From Chthoniobacterales bacterium (GTDB lineage: Bacteria; Verrucomicrobiota; Verrucomicrobiia; Chthoniobacterales; UBA10450), in the NCBI GenBank assembly GCA_013697365.1, contig JACCXA010000250.1:1-37592 (forward strand): a stretch of DNA of 37,592 bases, written 5' to 3'. Both the position numbers and the translations under genes were made by a program. A model generated the notes under the pieces. The model worked only from the letters and a program-made list of their open reading frames with translations, did not search any database and was not told the DNA's origin. Shown piece by piece: positions 25,522 through 33,603 of this stretch (within the stretch, counting starts at the first letter, position 1; every line of letters starts with the position of its first letter).

Positions 25522-25668
25522 GGGGAGCGCACGCTTGTAGCGTGCTGGTCGTCGCATTCTGCGACGACGAACTTTCCTGCGCGAAGGGAAGCATTTTGAG
25601 GTGCTCTGCCGACGAAAGGTCGTTTCGGCAGGATGCCGAAACCAGCACGCTACAAGCGTGCGCTCCCC
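25522..25668. repeat. 147-nt palindromic element: perfect 27-bp inverted repeat (25522..25548 / 25642..25668) enclosing three hairpins; fills the murE-murF gap
   Basis: Left arm GGGGAGCGCACGCTTGTAGCGTGCTGG and right arm CCAGCACGCTACAAGCGTGCGCTCCCC are exact reverse complements, extendable by one T:A pair. Internal hairpins: GTCGTCGC-attct-GCGACGAC (25548..25568), a weak TTCC..GGAA, and CTGCCGA-CGA-aagg-TCG-tt-TCGGCAG (25606..25631). Each arm also contains its own palindrome GCACGCT-tgt-AGCGTGC. Confidence 0.85.
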
Positions 25669-25683
25669 GGTTTCGTTGCCGCT

Positions 25684-27195
25684 TCATTGGAACTCGACTG
25701 GCTGATTTTCCAGGGCGCGCCGGGCAACCTGGAGGTCGTCGAACGGAATTGTGCTGTCCGCGAATTCCTGGTAAGTCTCGTGGCCTTTGCCGGCGATGAG
25801 GACGATATCGCGCGGCTGCGCAAGCGCGATGGCGCGCGCAATCGCGCCCGCGCGATCGGCGATCTTCTCGTAGCGCTCGGAGCGGAAACCTTTTTCGACT
25901 TCCGCAATGATGGCGTCCGGGTCTTCTTTTCGCGGATTGTCAGAGGTAATGATGCTGAAATCGGCATTTTGCTCGGCGGCAGCGGCCATCAGTGCCCGCT
26001 TCTGCCGATCGCGATCACCGCCGCACCCGAAAACCACGATCAATTTGCGCGGCGACAATTCGCGCAGCGTCTTGAGCACGTTCAGCAACGCATCGGGCGT
26101 GTGCGCATAATCGACAAAGACCTGGAATTGCCGCCTGGCCGGAACCGCTTCCACGCGCCCGGGGACTTGCGGTGATTTCGCCAGGTTCAGGATCGCCTCC
26201 CGCACACCTAGTCCAAGGCTGCTCGCCGCCGCCAGGGCGGCAAGCGAGTTCGCGACATTGAAGCGGCCAATCAACGGGACGCGGACCAGGTAGCTTTTGC
26301 CGCGGGCATCGAGCTGATAGGACGTGCCGGCGAACTCCGGGCGGTAACCGGAGGCGCGAAAATCCGCACGCGCACTCATCCCGTAAGTAACAACGGGGAA
26401 GTCTTTCCCGAGATGATCGATGATTCGTTCGCCGTAGCGGTCGTCAATGTTCACCACGGCCGTGGACTTTTTCTTCACCTGCTGGCTCGCGAGGCCGCTG
26501 AACAGTTTCAGTTTTGCCTCAAAGTAGCTTTCCATCGTGCCGTGAAAATCGAGATGGTCCTGCGTCAGGTTCGTGAAAATGGCGACATCCCATTCCAACC
26601 CACGGGTTCGCTCCTGCGCGATGGCGTGCGACGAGACCTCCATAACCGCAGCCTTGCACCCGGCGTTTACCATTTGCGCGAGCAACTCCTGCAGTTCGAG
26701 GGACTCGGGCGTAGTACGGATCGCAGGAAGAACGCGTTCCGCGATCTCATACCTCACTGTCCCAAGCAGGCCGCAGCGCAGCCCGGCTTTCTCGCAAATA
26801 TGTTTAAGCAGAAAGGCCGTCGTCGTCTTACCGTTTGTTCCCGTGACTCCCGCCATCTTGAGCCGGCGGACCGGACGATCGTAAAAAGCGGCGGCGAGAT
26901 CAGCTAACGCCGTCCGCGTGTTCCCGACTTGCACGCAGGTGGCACGGGGCTGTTGCACGCAGGTTTCCGCGACGATGACCGACGCTCCCTTCTCGATCGC
27001 TTGATCGATGAATTGATGGCCGTCGCTCTTTTCGCCGCGCAAGGCGACGAAGACGCCATTCTTTTGCACGCGGCGTGAATCGTAGGCGAGGCCGTCGACC
27101 GGGCGATCTAGGGTGCCCACAACCGATCCCGCCTCGATGGCTGGCAGGAGATTTTTGAGCAGCATGAGGTGAAGCCAAACGGGCGAAGCGGTCAA
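25684..27195 (-). CDS. murE: UDP-N-acetylmuramoyl-L-alanyl-D-glutamate--2,6-diaminopimelate ligase MurE
   Basis: ..LAYDSRRVQKNGVFVALRGEKSDGHQFI.., ..GVTGTNGKTTTA.., ..TSDNPRKEDP... The start at 27195 overlaps the ftsI stop by 4 nt. An alternative ATG lies 10 codons in (MLLKNLL). Confidence 0.93.
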   Translation of the reverse strand: MTASPVWLHLMLLKNLLPAIEAGSVVGTLDRPVDGLAYDSRRVQKNGVFVALRGEKSDGHQFIDQAIEKGASVIVAETCVQQPRATCVQVGNTRTALADLAAAFYDRPVRRLKMAGVTGTNGKTTTAFLLKHICEKAGLRCGLLGTVRYEIAERVLPAIRTTPESLELQELLAQMVNAGCKAAVMEVSSHAIAQERTRGLEWDVAIFTNLTQDHLDFHGTMESYFEAKLKLFSGLASQQVKKKSTAVVNIDDRYGERIIDHLGKDFPVVTYGMSARADFRASGYRPEFAGTSYQLDARGKSYLVRVPLIGRFNVANSLAALAAASSLGLGVREAILNLAKSPQVPGRVEAVPARRQFQVFVDYAHTPDALLNVLKTLRELSPRKLIVVFGCGGDRDRQKRALMAAAAEQNADFSIITSDNPRKEDPDAIIAEVEKGFRSERYEKIADRAGAIARAIALAQPRDIVLIAGKGHETYQEFADSTIPFDDLQVARRALENQPVEFQ

Positions 27196-28952
27196 CGGCG
27201 GGGAGCGTTGGTTAAGGCGATTTGCCCCGCGGTGCCGGGTTTGCTGAGTTCCTCATGCGGCTCAAGATCGAGATAGCGGGCAGCCTTCTCCGCGATGCGG
27301 GAGAAGATGGGGGCGGCGATAGTGCCGCCGTAGTTTAATTCGTTTTTGGTCTTCGCGTCGTCCAGGACCACGAGCGCAACGAACTGCGGCCGGTCGGCAG
27401 GCATATAGCCAGAGAAAGAGACGACATACTTGCCGTGTTCATATCCGCCCTTTGGATCGACCTTCTGCGCCGTCCCCGTCTTGCCGCAGATCGTGAACCC
27501 GGCAACGGCCGCGCCGGCCGCCGTGCCGCGTTCACTCACTACCCCACGCAACGCCGTTCCGATCTGCTGCGCGGTCAGCGGCGTAACGACCTGACGCAGC
27601 ACGGTCGGCGTAAACGCGCTTACCATCTCACCGTTCGCTTTCGTAATCGACTTCACGATACGCGGAGTAACGAGCTTGCCTCCATTCGCAATCGCCGCCA
27701 TTGCCACCGTCATCTGCAACGGCGTGACGCCCACTTCGTGACCCATTGGGATTCGGGTGATGGAGATTTTGCTCCAGGATTGCGGAGGGCGAATCACTCC
27801 CGGAATCTCACCCGGCAATTCGATGCCGGTTCGTTCGCCGAAACCGAAGCGGCGGATGTATTCGTAAAACTTCTGTTCGCCCACCGAGAGCGCGAGTTTC
27901 GCCGCGCCGATGTTACTGGATTTAACCAGCACATCCTGCACGGTCATCTCGCCGTAGCCGTGGTGATCATGCAAAGCACGACCGCCTAAATTCCAAAGAC
28001 CGTTCTCGCAGAAGATGGTCGAATCCAATGAGACTTTGCGTTCGTTCAAAGCCGCCGCTGCCGTCACGATCTTGAACGTGGAACCCGGCTCCATCATGTC
28101 GATGATGGCGCGGTTCTTCATTTGTTCAGCCTTGGCGTCGGCGCGCTGATTGATGTCGTAATGCGGGCGATTGGCCATCGCCAGGATCTCCCCGGTATCG
28201 GGGCGCATCAGGATGATGGTGGCTTTCTCCGGCCGGTACTCGCGCACCGCGGCGTCGATCTCGTTCTCGACAATATTCTGCAGGTTCAGGTCGATCGTCA
28301 GGTGAACGCGATGCCCGTCGCGCGGCGCCCGTTCCTGTCCGCGGTAGAGAACGATCTCCTGGCCGGCGCGGTTATGCTCGATGAAGCGGTAGCCATCTTC
28401 GCCATGCAGGTAATCCTCCATGGAAGACTCGACGCCCTGAATGCCGCGATGCTCGAAATCTGTGAAGCCGATGACGTGGCACAGCATTGACCCATTCGGA
28501 TAAACGCGGGTCGAGCCGCGCTCGAAGTACACGCCACGCAGCTTTTCCGCGACTAGTCTCTTCCGGAGCGCGGCCGTGACCGCTACCGGCACCTCGCGCT
28601 TCAGCACGACGTAGCGGCGAGCGCCGCTTAGCTTTTCCGACAATTCATTCGCTGGGATTTCCAACGTCTCTGCCAGCAGCTGCGTCAACGCGGCTGCATC
28701 GTTTACGTGCGTGGCATCTGCCACCACGGTTTCTCCCGGTATGTTGTCGGCGAGCACTTCGCCATTGGCGTCCAGAATGGCGCCGCGTTCGGCGTAGATG
28801 GTCTGTCGGTAGACGTGCTTCTCAGCAGCGAGCCCGGCGTATTCGTCGTGCATGATCATCTGCAGGTAGACGAGCCGAAACGAGAACAGACTGAACAACC
28901 CCGCGAAAGCGAAGCAGACCAGCGCGCAACGTGTCCGGCAATTCCACTTCAT
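27192..28952 (-). CDS. ftsI: Peptidoglycan D,D-transpeptidase FtsI (PBP3, class B PBP)
   Basis: N-terminal TM anchor, then the transpeptidase triad motifs ..GSTFK.., ..KSSN.., ..GKTGT... Position is ftsL-ftsI-murE. Confidence 0.93.
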   Translation of the reverse strand: MKWNCRTRCALVCFAFAGLFSLFSFRLVYLQMIMHDEYAGLAAEKHVYRQTIYAERGAILDANGEVLADNIPGETVVADATHVNDAAALTQLLAETLEIPANELSEKLSGARRYVVLKREVPVAVTAALRKRLVAEKLRGVYFERGSTRVYPNGSMLCHVIGFTDFEHRGIQGVESSMEDYLHGEDGYRFIEHNRAGQEIVLYRGQERAPRDGHRVHLTIDLNLQNIVENEIDAAVREYRPEKATIILMRPDTGEILAMANRPHYDINQRADAKAEQMKNRAIIDMMEPGSTFKIVTAAAALNERKVSLDSTIFCENGLWNLGGRALHDHHGYGEMTVQDVLVKSSNIGAAKLALSVGEQKFYEYIRRFGFGERTGIELPGEIPGVIRPPQSWSKISITRIPMGHEVGVTPLQMTVAMAAIANGGKLVTPRIVKSITKANGEMVSAFTPTVLRQVVTPLTAQQIGTALRGVVSERGTAAGAAVAGFTICGKTGTAQKVDPKGGYEHGKYVVSFSGYMPADRPQFVALVVLDDAKTKNELNYGGTIAAPIFSRIAEKAARYLDLEPHEELSKPGTAGQIALTNAPRR

Positions 28953-29317
28953 CTTGCGGGCCGCTGGTTGACGACTGGCTGAATGGCGTCTTCACCTTGA
29001 GCACCTGCGGGCGTGCTAATCCGCACGATGCTCGGCTCGGCGATCGGGATCATCTTGAGGTAGCCTTCTTTCAGGCGCCGCTGCAGGGCTGAGCGTGAAG
29101 TGAGCGCGGCGATCTGAACATTGGCGACGTCGTTTTGCGAACGCACGCTGGCGAGCTCGTTCTCCAGCGCCTTTTTGCGATCGCCGAGTGTGTACAGCTG
29201 CACGTTCAAGTAAACGTAGATAAGCCCGGTGAGCGCGACGAAGGCCGTGAGGACGAGCCAGCGCGCGAGCGAAGGAGCATTGATGGTGTTGAACTGCTTT
29301 CGGCGTGAGCGACGCAT
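28949..29317 (-). CDS. ftsL: Cell division protein FtsL-like (small bitopic coiled-coil protein)
   Basis: 122 aa with a basic N-terminus, one TM (LVLTAFVALTGLIYVYL) and a coiled-coil-like segment (KKALENELASVRSQNDVANVQIAAL). The start overlaps the rsmH stop (TAATG). The stop overlaps the ftsI start. Confidence 0.7.
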   Translation of the reverse strand: MRRSRRKQFNTINAPSLARWLVLTAFVALTGLIYVYLNVQLYTLGDRKKALENELASVRSQNDVANVQIAALTSRSALQRRLKEGYLKMIPIAEPSIVRISTPAGAQGEDAIQPVVNQRPAR

Positions 29318-30318
29318 TAGAGTTTTTCGGCTACGCGCAGCTTCGCGCTGCGCGATCGTGGATTGGCGCGTTGTTCGTTCTCACCCGGCTCAACTGGTTT
29401 TGAGGTTATGAGCTTGAGCTTGTAATCAGGATTCGGCCGCGGCTCGGGCCACTCCGGGCGATCGAGGAACTGGTGGCTGCGATCGCGGAAGACGTTTTTC
29501 ACGATGCGATCTTCCAGCGAATGGAAGGTGATGACCGCGATGCGAGACCCCGATTCCAGCCGCCCGATAAGCGCGCTGAGGCCATCAGCAAGCGCGCCGA
29601 GTTCATCGTTCACCTCCATGCGCAAGGCCTGAAAGACCTGCGTGGCAGGATGTTTCCGGCCATGACGCCACACGATCTTTTCGATCGCTTTCGCGAGCTG
29701 CATGGTTTCCCGGAACGGCGTCGTCTTGCGCTGTTTGACGAGCTGGCTCGCGATGCGACGCGCGGCGGGTTCCTCGCCTAAATCGCGGAAGAGCTGGGTC
29801 AGTTCCTCCTCGCCGTAGCCGTTGACCACGTCCGCAGCCGTCAGCTCACGGCGTTGGTCCATTCGCATATCAAGCGGACCATTTCGCATTACGCTAAATC
29901 CGCGCTCGCCGTTTTCGAGTTGACGAGAGGAAACGCCCAGATCCAAAAGCGCTCCACCGATGCCGATGATGCCAAGCTCGTCCAGCACGCGGGCCGCATC
30001 CCGGAAATTTTCCTGACGCAGCGTCATGCGACCGTGGAAACGCGCCAGACGCTCCGTCGCATAAGCGATTGCATCCGGGTCCTGATCGAAGGCAAGGACG
30101 TCAGCCCCCGTTTGCAGAATCGCTTCTGTATGGCCCCCTCCTCCACAGGTTCCATCCAGCACGAGGGAGCCGGCGCGCGGCGCGAGAAGCTCCACGACCT
30201 CGGTTTCAAGCACCGGGCGATGATAAGTTGTCTCCTCCATTTCCTGCGCCTCGTCTTCGGTGATGAGCGGGCCGGTCGCGAACCAGACGGGGCGCTCCCT
30301 TAACAACGCGTTCATCAT
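29317..30318 (-). CDS. rsmH: 16S rRNA (cytosine1402-N4)-methyltransferase RsmH (MraW)
   Basis: ..YHRPVLETEV.., SAM motif ..LDGTCGGGGHTEAIL.., ..FHSLEDRIVK... An alternative start is Met27 at 30240 (MEETTYHRPVL). Confidence 0.92.
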   Translation of the reverse strand: MMNALLRERPVWFATGPLITEDEAQEMEETTYHRPVLETEVVELLAPRAGSLVLDGTCGGGGHTEAILQTGADVLAFDQDPDAIAYATERLARFHGRMTLRQENFRDAARVLDELGIIGIGGALLDLGVSSRQLENGERGFSVMRNGPLDMRMDQRRELTAADVVNGYGEEELTQLFRDLGEEPAARRIASQLVKQRKTTPFRETMQLAKAIEKIVWRHGRKHPATQVFQALRMEVNDELGALADGLSALIGRLESGSRIAVITFHSLEDRIVKNVFRDRSHQFLDRPEWPEPRPNPDYKLKLITSKPVEPGENEQRANPRSRSAKLRVAEKL

Positions 30319-30327
30319 CAGAATCGC

Positions 30328-30783
30328 CTAAAGGCCGATCATCTCTGCGACGTGCTGGTAAGTCGGCGTTTCCTCCTCCTGGGAGCGTTTCCATTTCTGC
30401 AGATTCCAAATTTCGAAACGGCCGGCCCCCCCGATGAGTGCCACTTCGCCTTTTAGTTCCAACTCCTGGCAGGTCTCGATCGGCAGGACGAGACGGCCCT
30501 GTTTATCCGAGGAAGCGTGCTGGGCGCGCGCATGAAGCTGGCGGGAGAAGACGCGGCGATCGCGCTGAGGAACGGTGGCGTCCGAGTGCGCCTGGGCACT
30601 CATACGCGCGAACTCCTCCTCCGACATAACGAGAAGGAATTGGAGTGAAGGATCGGGCAGGAGAATAAAATCTTCTCCGTCCTTGCTGCGCCAGCGCGAT
30701 GGGATCGTGATGCGATTCTTGTCGTCGATGGAATGACGAAATTGACCCGCATAGAAAGTTTGAGTCTGAGAAACGTGGTCCAT
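30328..30783 (-). CDS. mraZ: Transcriptional regulator MraZ
   Basis: Two MraZ half-domains with the DxxxR signature (..SIDDKNRITIPSRWR.. and ..SSDKQGRLVLPIE..). The start is placed at the internal Met (MDHVSQT). The longer track ORF would read through the operator-like repeats. Confidence 0.9.
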   Translation of the reverse strand: MDHVSQTQTFYAGQFRHSIDDKNRITIPSRWRSKDGEDFILLPDPSLQFLLVMSEEEFARMSAQAHSDATVPQRDRRVFSRQLHARAQHASSDKQGRLVLPIETCQELELKGEVALIGGAGRFEIWNLQKWKRSQEEETPTYQHVAEMIGL

Positions 30784-30800
30784 GCAGACGGGAAGCTTTG

Positions 30801-30836
30801 CCATTTCAATCCACTTCGCCCCACTCCTAACCACTT
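30801..30836 (-). promoter_or_regulatory. Putative MraZ operator: four direct repeats at exact 10-bp spacing upstream of mraZ
   Basis: The plus strand shows CCATT at 30801 and CCACT at 30811, 30821 and 30831. On the mraZ strand this reads AGTGGttagg-AGTGGggcga-AGTGGattga-AATGG, ending 18 nt upstream of the mraZ ATG. MraZ proteins are known to bind arrays of GTGG-type direct repeats with helical-turn spacing in their own promoter region. Confidence 0.6.
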
Positions 30837-30902
30837 TGCATACCGCGGGTCAATCGAATTTACGGTCGTTTGCGGGATATTTCATCGCCGCTAAATTTCG
30901 CC

Positions 30903-31394
30903 ATGCCCTCGGCGCCAGTCTGGCAGATCTCTATTTGCGCCCTGGCCGTCGCGCACACTGGTCAGGCGCAACTCCAGGAAGGAGCGACTGGTGACTCCAT
31001 TCGCGTAACGGTTTCCATGAACCAGGATGGCTCTCGCACTGCCTACGAGTTCGATCCCGCGAATAAGAAAGCCACGGCAACGACAACCAACTCAGGCGGC
31101 AGGGCCACAGGTAAGATTCACTATCAACTTGACAACGCGGGCCGTTTCGGGACGGGCGAAGTCTATGACGGAAAAGGCCGTCTCCAGTTCAAGACGGTTT
31201 ATCGCTACGAAGCCAGCGGACGATTGATCGAAGAGGCGCGGCTAACTAAAGACGGCGCCCCAATGCAGAAGCTCGTTTACGCCTACGACGCCGATGGAAA
31301 GAAGACTGGATATTCCGTCTATGCCGCGGACGGGAAACTCCTGGGTTCAACCAAACCAGTCCCTTCACCTCCCGCAGTCTCAAAGAAAAAGTGA
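30903..31394 (+). CDS. Small secreted protein with YD/RHS-like repeats
   Basis: Signal peptide from the ATG at 30903 (MPSAPVWQISICALAVAHTGQA). Repeats with period of about 20 aa resemble YxYDxxG(R/K) (..IHYQLDNAGRF..EVYDGKGRLQFKTVYRYEASGRLIEE..LVYAYDADGKKTGYSVYAADGKLLG..). Confidence 0.6.
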   Translation: MPSAPVWQISICALAVAHTGQAQLQEGATGDSIRVTVSMNQDGSRTAYEFDPANKKATATTTNSGGRATGKIHYQLDNAGRFGTGEVYDGKGRLQFKTVYRYEASGRLIEEARLTKDGAPMQKLVYAYDADGKKTGYSVYAADGKLLGSTKPVPSPPAVSKKK

Positions 31395-31468
31395 CTCTGA
31401 TCGCGTCATGACGCTGCGATCCGCGACGCGCTTGCGAGGATTCGCGTTCCCAGCTAAGAACAGTTCGC

Positions 31469-32152
31469 ATGATCGATTACATCCAGAAGGGTGGTTTGCT
31501 CATGTGGCCCATTCTGGTCTGCAGCATCATTTCCATCGCTGTCTTCGCGGAGCGGCTGTTTTATTTGCATCGCGCTACAATCCACGTGGGCGAGTTTCTC
31601 CAGGGACTTTCAAATTTAATCAAACGACGCAATTTTGCGGAAGCGTTGCACGAATCTGCGGGCACTCCCGGACCGGTGGCGCGAGTGATTCACTCGGCCA
31701 TTATTCGCCACGATTCGCCGCGCTCGGAGTTACGAGAAATCGTCCAGGAATCAGCTCAACTCGAAGTGCCGAAGCTCGAGCGCTTCCTCGGTGTGCTGGC
31801 TACGATCGCTTTTCTTACACCTGTGCTCGGACTGCTCGGGACGGTGGCAGGAATGATCGACGCTTTCGGGACGATCGCTTCGAATGGAGGCTCGGCGACC
31901 GTGACCGAACTTTCCAATGGCGTCTATAAGAGCCTGCTCACAACCGCGGCCGGTCTGGTTGTAGCCACGCCCACATTCGTTGCCTACAGCTACCTCTCGT
32001 CGCGCGTGAATACGCTGATGCACGAGATGGAACGCGCCGGGATCGAGGTCGTGCACATGCTGACGGAGCGAGAAGCAGCGGCCGACATCATCACGTTTCA
32101 GCAACCCGCCATCGCCGCCGCCGGAGAACGCGAGCGGCGCATTGATCGTTAA
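31469..32152 (+). CDS. exbB: MotA/TolQ/ExbB-family proton channel protein
   Basis: 227 aa, three TM helices, family motif ..FLTPVLGLLGTVAGMIDAF... Followed by ExbD/TolR-like and TonB/TolA-like genes. Confidence 0.85.
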   Translation: MIDYIQKGGLLMWPILVCSIISIAVFAERLFYLHRATIHVGEFLQGLSNLIKRRNFAEALHESAGTPGPVARVIHSAIIRHDSPRSELREIVQESAQLEVPKLERFLGVLATIAFLTPVLGLLGTVAGMIDAFGTIASNGGSATVTELSNGVYKSLLTTAAGLVVATPTFVAYSYLSSRVNTLMHEMERAGIEVVHMLTEREAAADIITFQQPAIAAAGERERRIDR

Positions 32153-32173
32153 GCCGTTCAGCCGTTGGCGCCG

Positions 32174-32578
32174 ATGAAGCTTGCCCGCACGAAGCAATAC
32201 CACTTCGGCTGGCTGGCGGTGATTTCCGCAATCGATATTGTTTTCTTGCTGATTTTCTTCCTTTTACTCAGCTCGAATTTTATTCTTCAGCCTGGTATCG
32301 CCGTCTCCCTTCCCCTTTCGCGCTTCACCCTCGGTCCGCAGGTGAATCCGCAGATCATCTCGATCACCGGCGGGGCGGCTCCTTCTGTTTATTTTCGCGA
32401 CCAGAAAGTTGCCCTCGACCAACTTGGTCCCCTCCTGGACGCCGCGAAAAGTGAGGGGCGCCCCGTCATCATCAAGGCAGATCGTCAGACGCCCTATGAA
32501 TTGGTCGTCGCGGTGACAAATGCGACGCTCGAGCGCGGGATCACCTCCGTCTCCTTGGCGAGCGCGCCGCCGCCATGA
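32174..32578 (+). CDS. exbD: ExbD/TolR-family biopolymer transport protein
   Basis: N-terminal TM with the family motif (..LAVISAIDIVFLLIFFLLL..), periplasmic domain ..VIIKADRQTPYELVVAV... ATG at 32174; the track ORF starts at an upstream TTG (32165). Confidence 0.85.
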   Translation: MKLARTKQYHFGWLAVISAIDIVFLLIFFLLLSSNFILQPGIAVSLPLSRFTLGPQVNPQIISITGGAAPSVYFRDQKVALDQLGPLLDAAKSEGRPVIIKADRQTPYELVVAVTNATLERGITSVSLASAPPP

Positions 32579-33366
32579 CGCAGCCGGCCACAGCGGAGTT
32601 CTCTTCCCTCTTCGACTGGAGTCCCGCGCGCGGAAGGAAGCTTGCGCTCGTCAGTTTCATTTCGGGGTCGGCCCTTTTGCATGCCCTTTGCTTTTACGTT
32701 TTTCAAATCATCTACCCGCCTACCGTGACGCTGCCGCCCCCGCCGGCTCGGGTAAACATCATCACGCCCGCTTCTGAAGAAGGGCGTCTCCTCTTGCAAT
32801 GGATCGAAGCCGAGGATCCGGCGCTTTCCTCCACCACGCAGCGTCCAGCGGACGCGACCCTGTCTTTGCCGATGCCGGAACATATCCCTTCCTATCTGAG
32901 CAGAAGGCCGGCGTTACGAGAACCGACGCCATCTCAGCCCGATCTCCACGTGCCAAGCTCACATCCGCCCGCACCTGTGCCGAGACCGCGGAACCTGAAG
33001 ACTTCGCCAGCTCGGATCGTACCGACAAAGCTGACGTTCGGACCGGAAGCGCCGCAGCTTGGTCAGGCAAACATCCCGCCGCTGCGATTCACTGCTTCAA
33101 TCAAGGAGCCTCCTCAGTCCACTGAGTTCCGCGTCGCGTTTGGCGCCAGAGGCGACGTTCGATATTGCTTCCTCGAGCGCTCGTCTGGCGATGCCGCGCT
33201 CGATAAACAGGCGCGCAATTTCCTTTTGCTCGCTCGATTCTTGGCGGCCGAAGATAGAGAGTTAAAAATCGTGTCCGCACTTTTCTGGACCACCGCGATT
33301 TTCGAGTGGGGCAACGACATCGCCGCGCCTGCCACCGCAGCGTCGGCTGGCTCTTCCGCACCGTGA
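32575..33366 (+). CDS. TonB/TolA-like energy-transducer protein
   Basis: The start overlaps the exbD stop (ATGA). One N-terminal TM (LALVSFISGSALLHALCFYVF), a Pro-rich spacer (TLPPPPA.., ..PSSHPPAPVPRP..), and a C-terminal domain with a TonB-like pattern (..VAFGARGDVRYCFLERSSGDAALDKQARNFL..). Confidence 0.6.
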   Translation: MTQPATAEFSSLFDWSPARGRKLALVSFISGSALLHALCFYVFQIIYPPTVTLPPPPARVNIITPASEEGRLLLQWIEAEDPALSSTTQRPADATLSLPMPEHIPSYLSRRPALREPTPSQPDLHVPSSHPPAPVPRPRNLKTSPARIVPTKLTFGPEAPQLGQANIPPLRFTASIKEPPQSTEFRVAFGARGDVRYCFLERSSGDAALDKQARNFLLLARFLAAEDRELKIVSALFWTTAIFEWGNDIAAPATAASAGSSAP

Positions 33367-33602
33367 TCCGCGTCAGCCTCGCGGCGCTCGTAACCATCTA
33401 TCTGTTGGTTTTTCTTGCGGCGGTTTTTCTGCTCTGGATAGTGGGCGAGTGGAATCGCCGCCGGCGCGAACGCCGGGCGTTGCGTTATCGATTGCGCTGC
33501 GTGATCTGCGCCTTCGAGTTCGTGGACCGAACCCCTGCTTTGCTGCCGCGGTGCCCACGTTGCGGGAGCCTGAACGAACGATTCAAACCGGAGCAAATTT
33601 GA
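33363..33602 (+). CDS. Small membrane-anchored zinc-ribbon protein (79 aa from GTG)
   Basis: The GTG at 33363 overlaps the tonB-like stop as GTGA. One TM (VSLAALVTIYLLVFLAAVFLLWIV), an Arg-rich stop-transfer segment, then CVIC-x17-CPRC. The stop lies 1 nt before the next gene's ATG. The track ORF offers an upstream ATG at 33306. Confidence 0.55.
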   Translation: MIRVSLAALVTIYLLVFLAAVFLLWIVGEWNRRRRERRALRYRLRCVICAFEFVDRTPALLPRCPRCGSLNERFKPEQI

Positions 33603-33603
33603 T

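Noticed and set aside
30784-30834. Longer mraZ start (track ORF start at 30834)
   Set aside because: The extension reads through the phased AGTGG repeat array and adds 17 residues not typical of MraZ N-termini.
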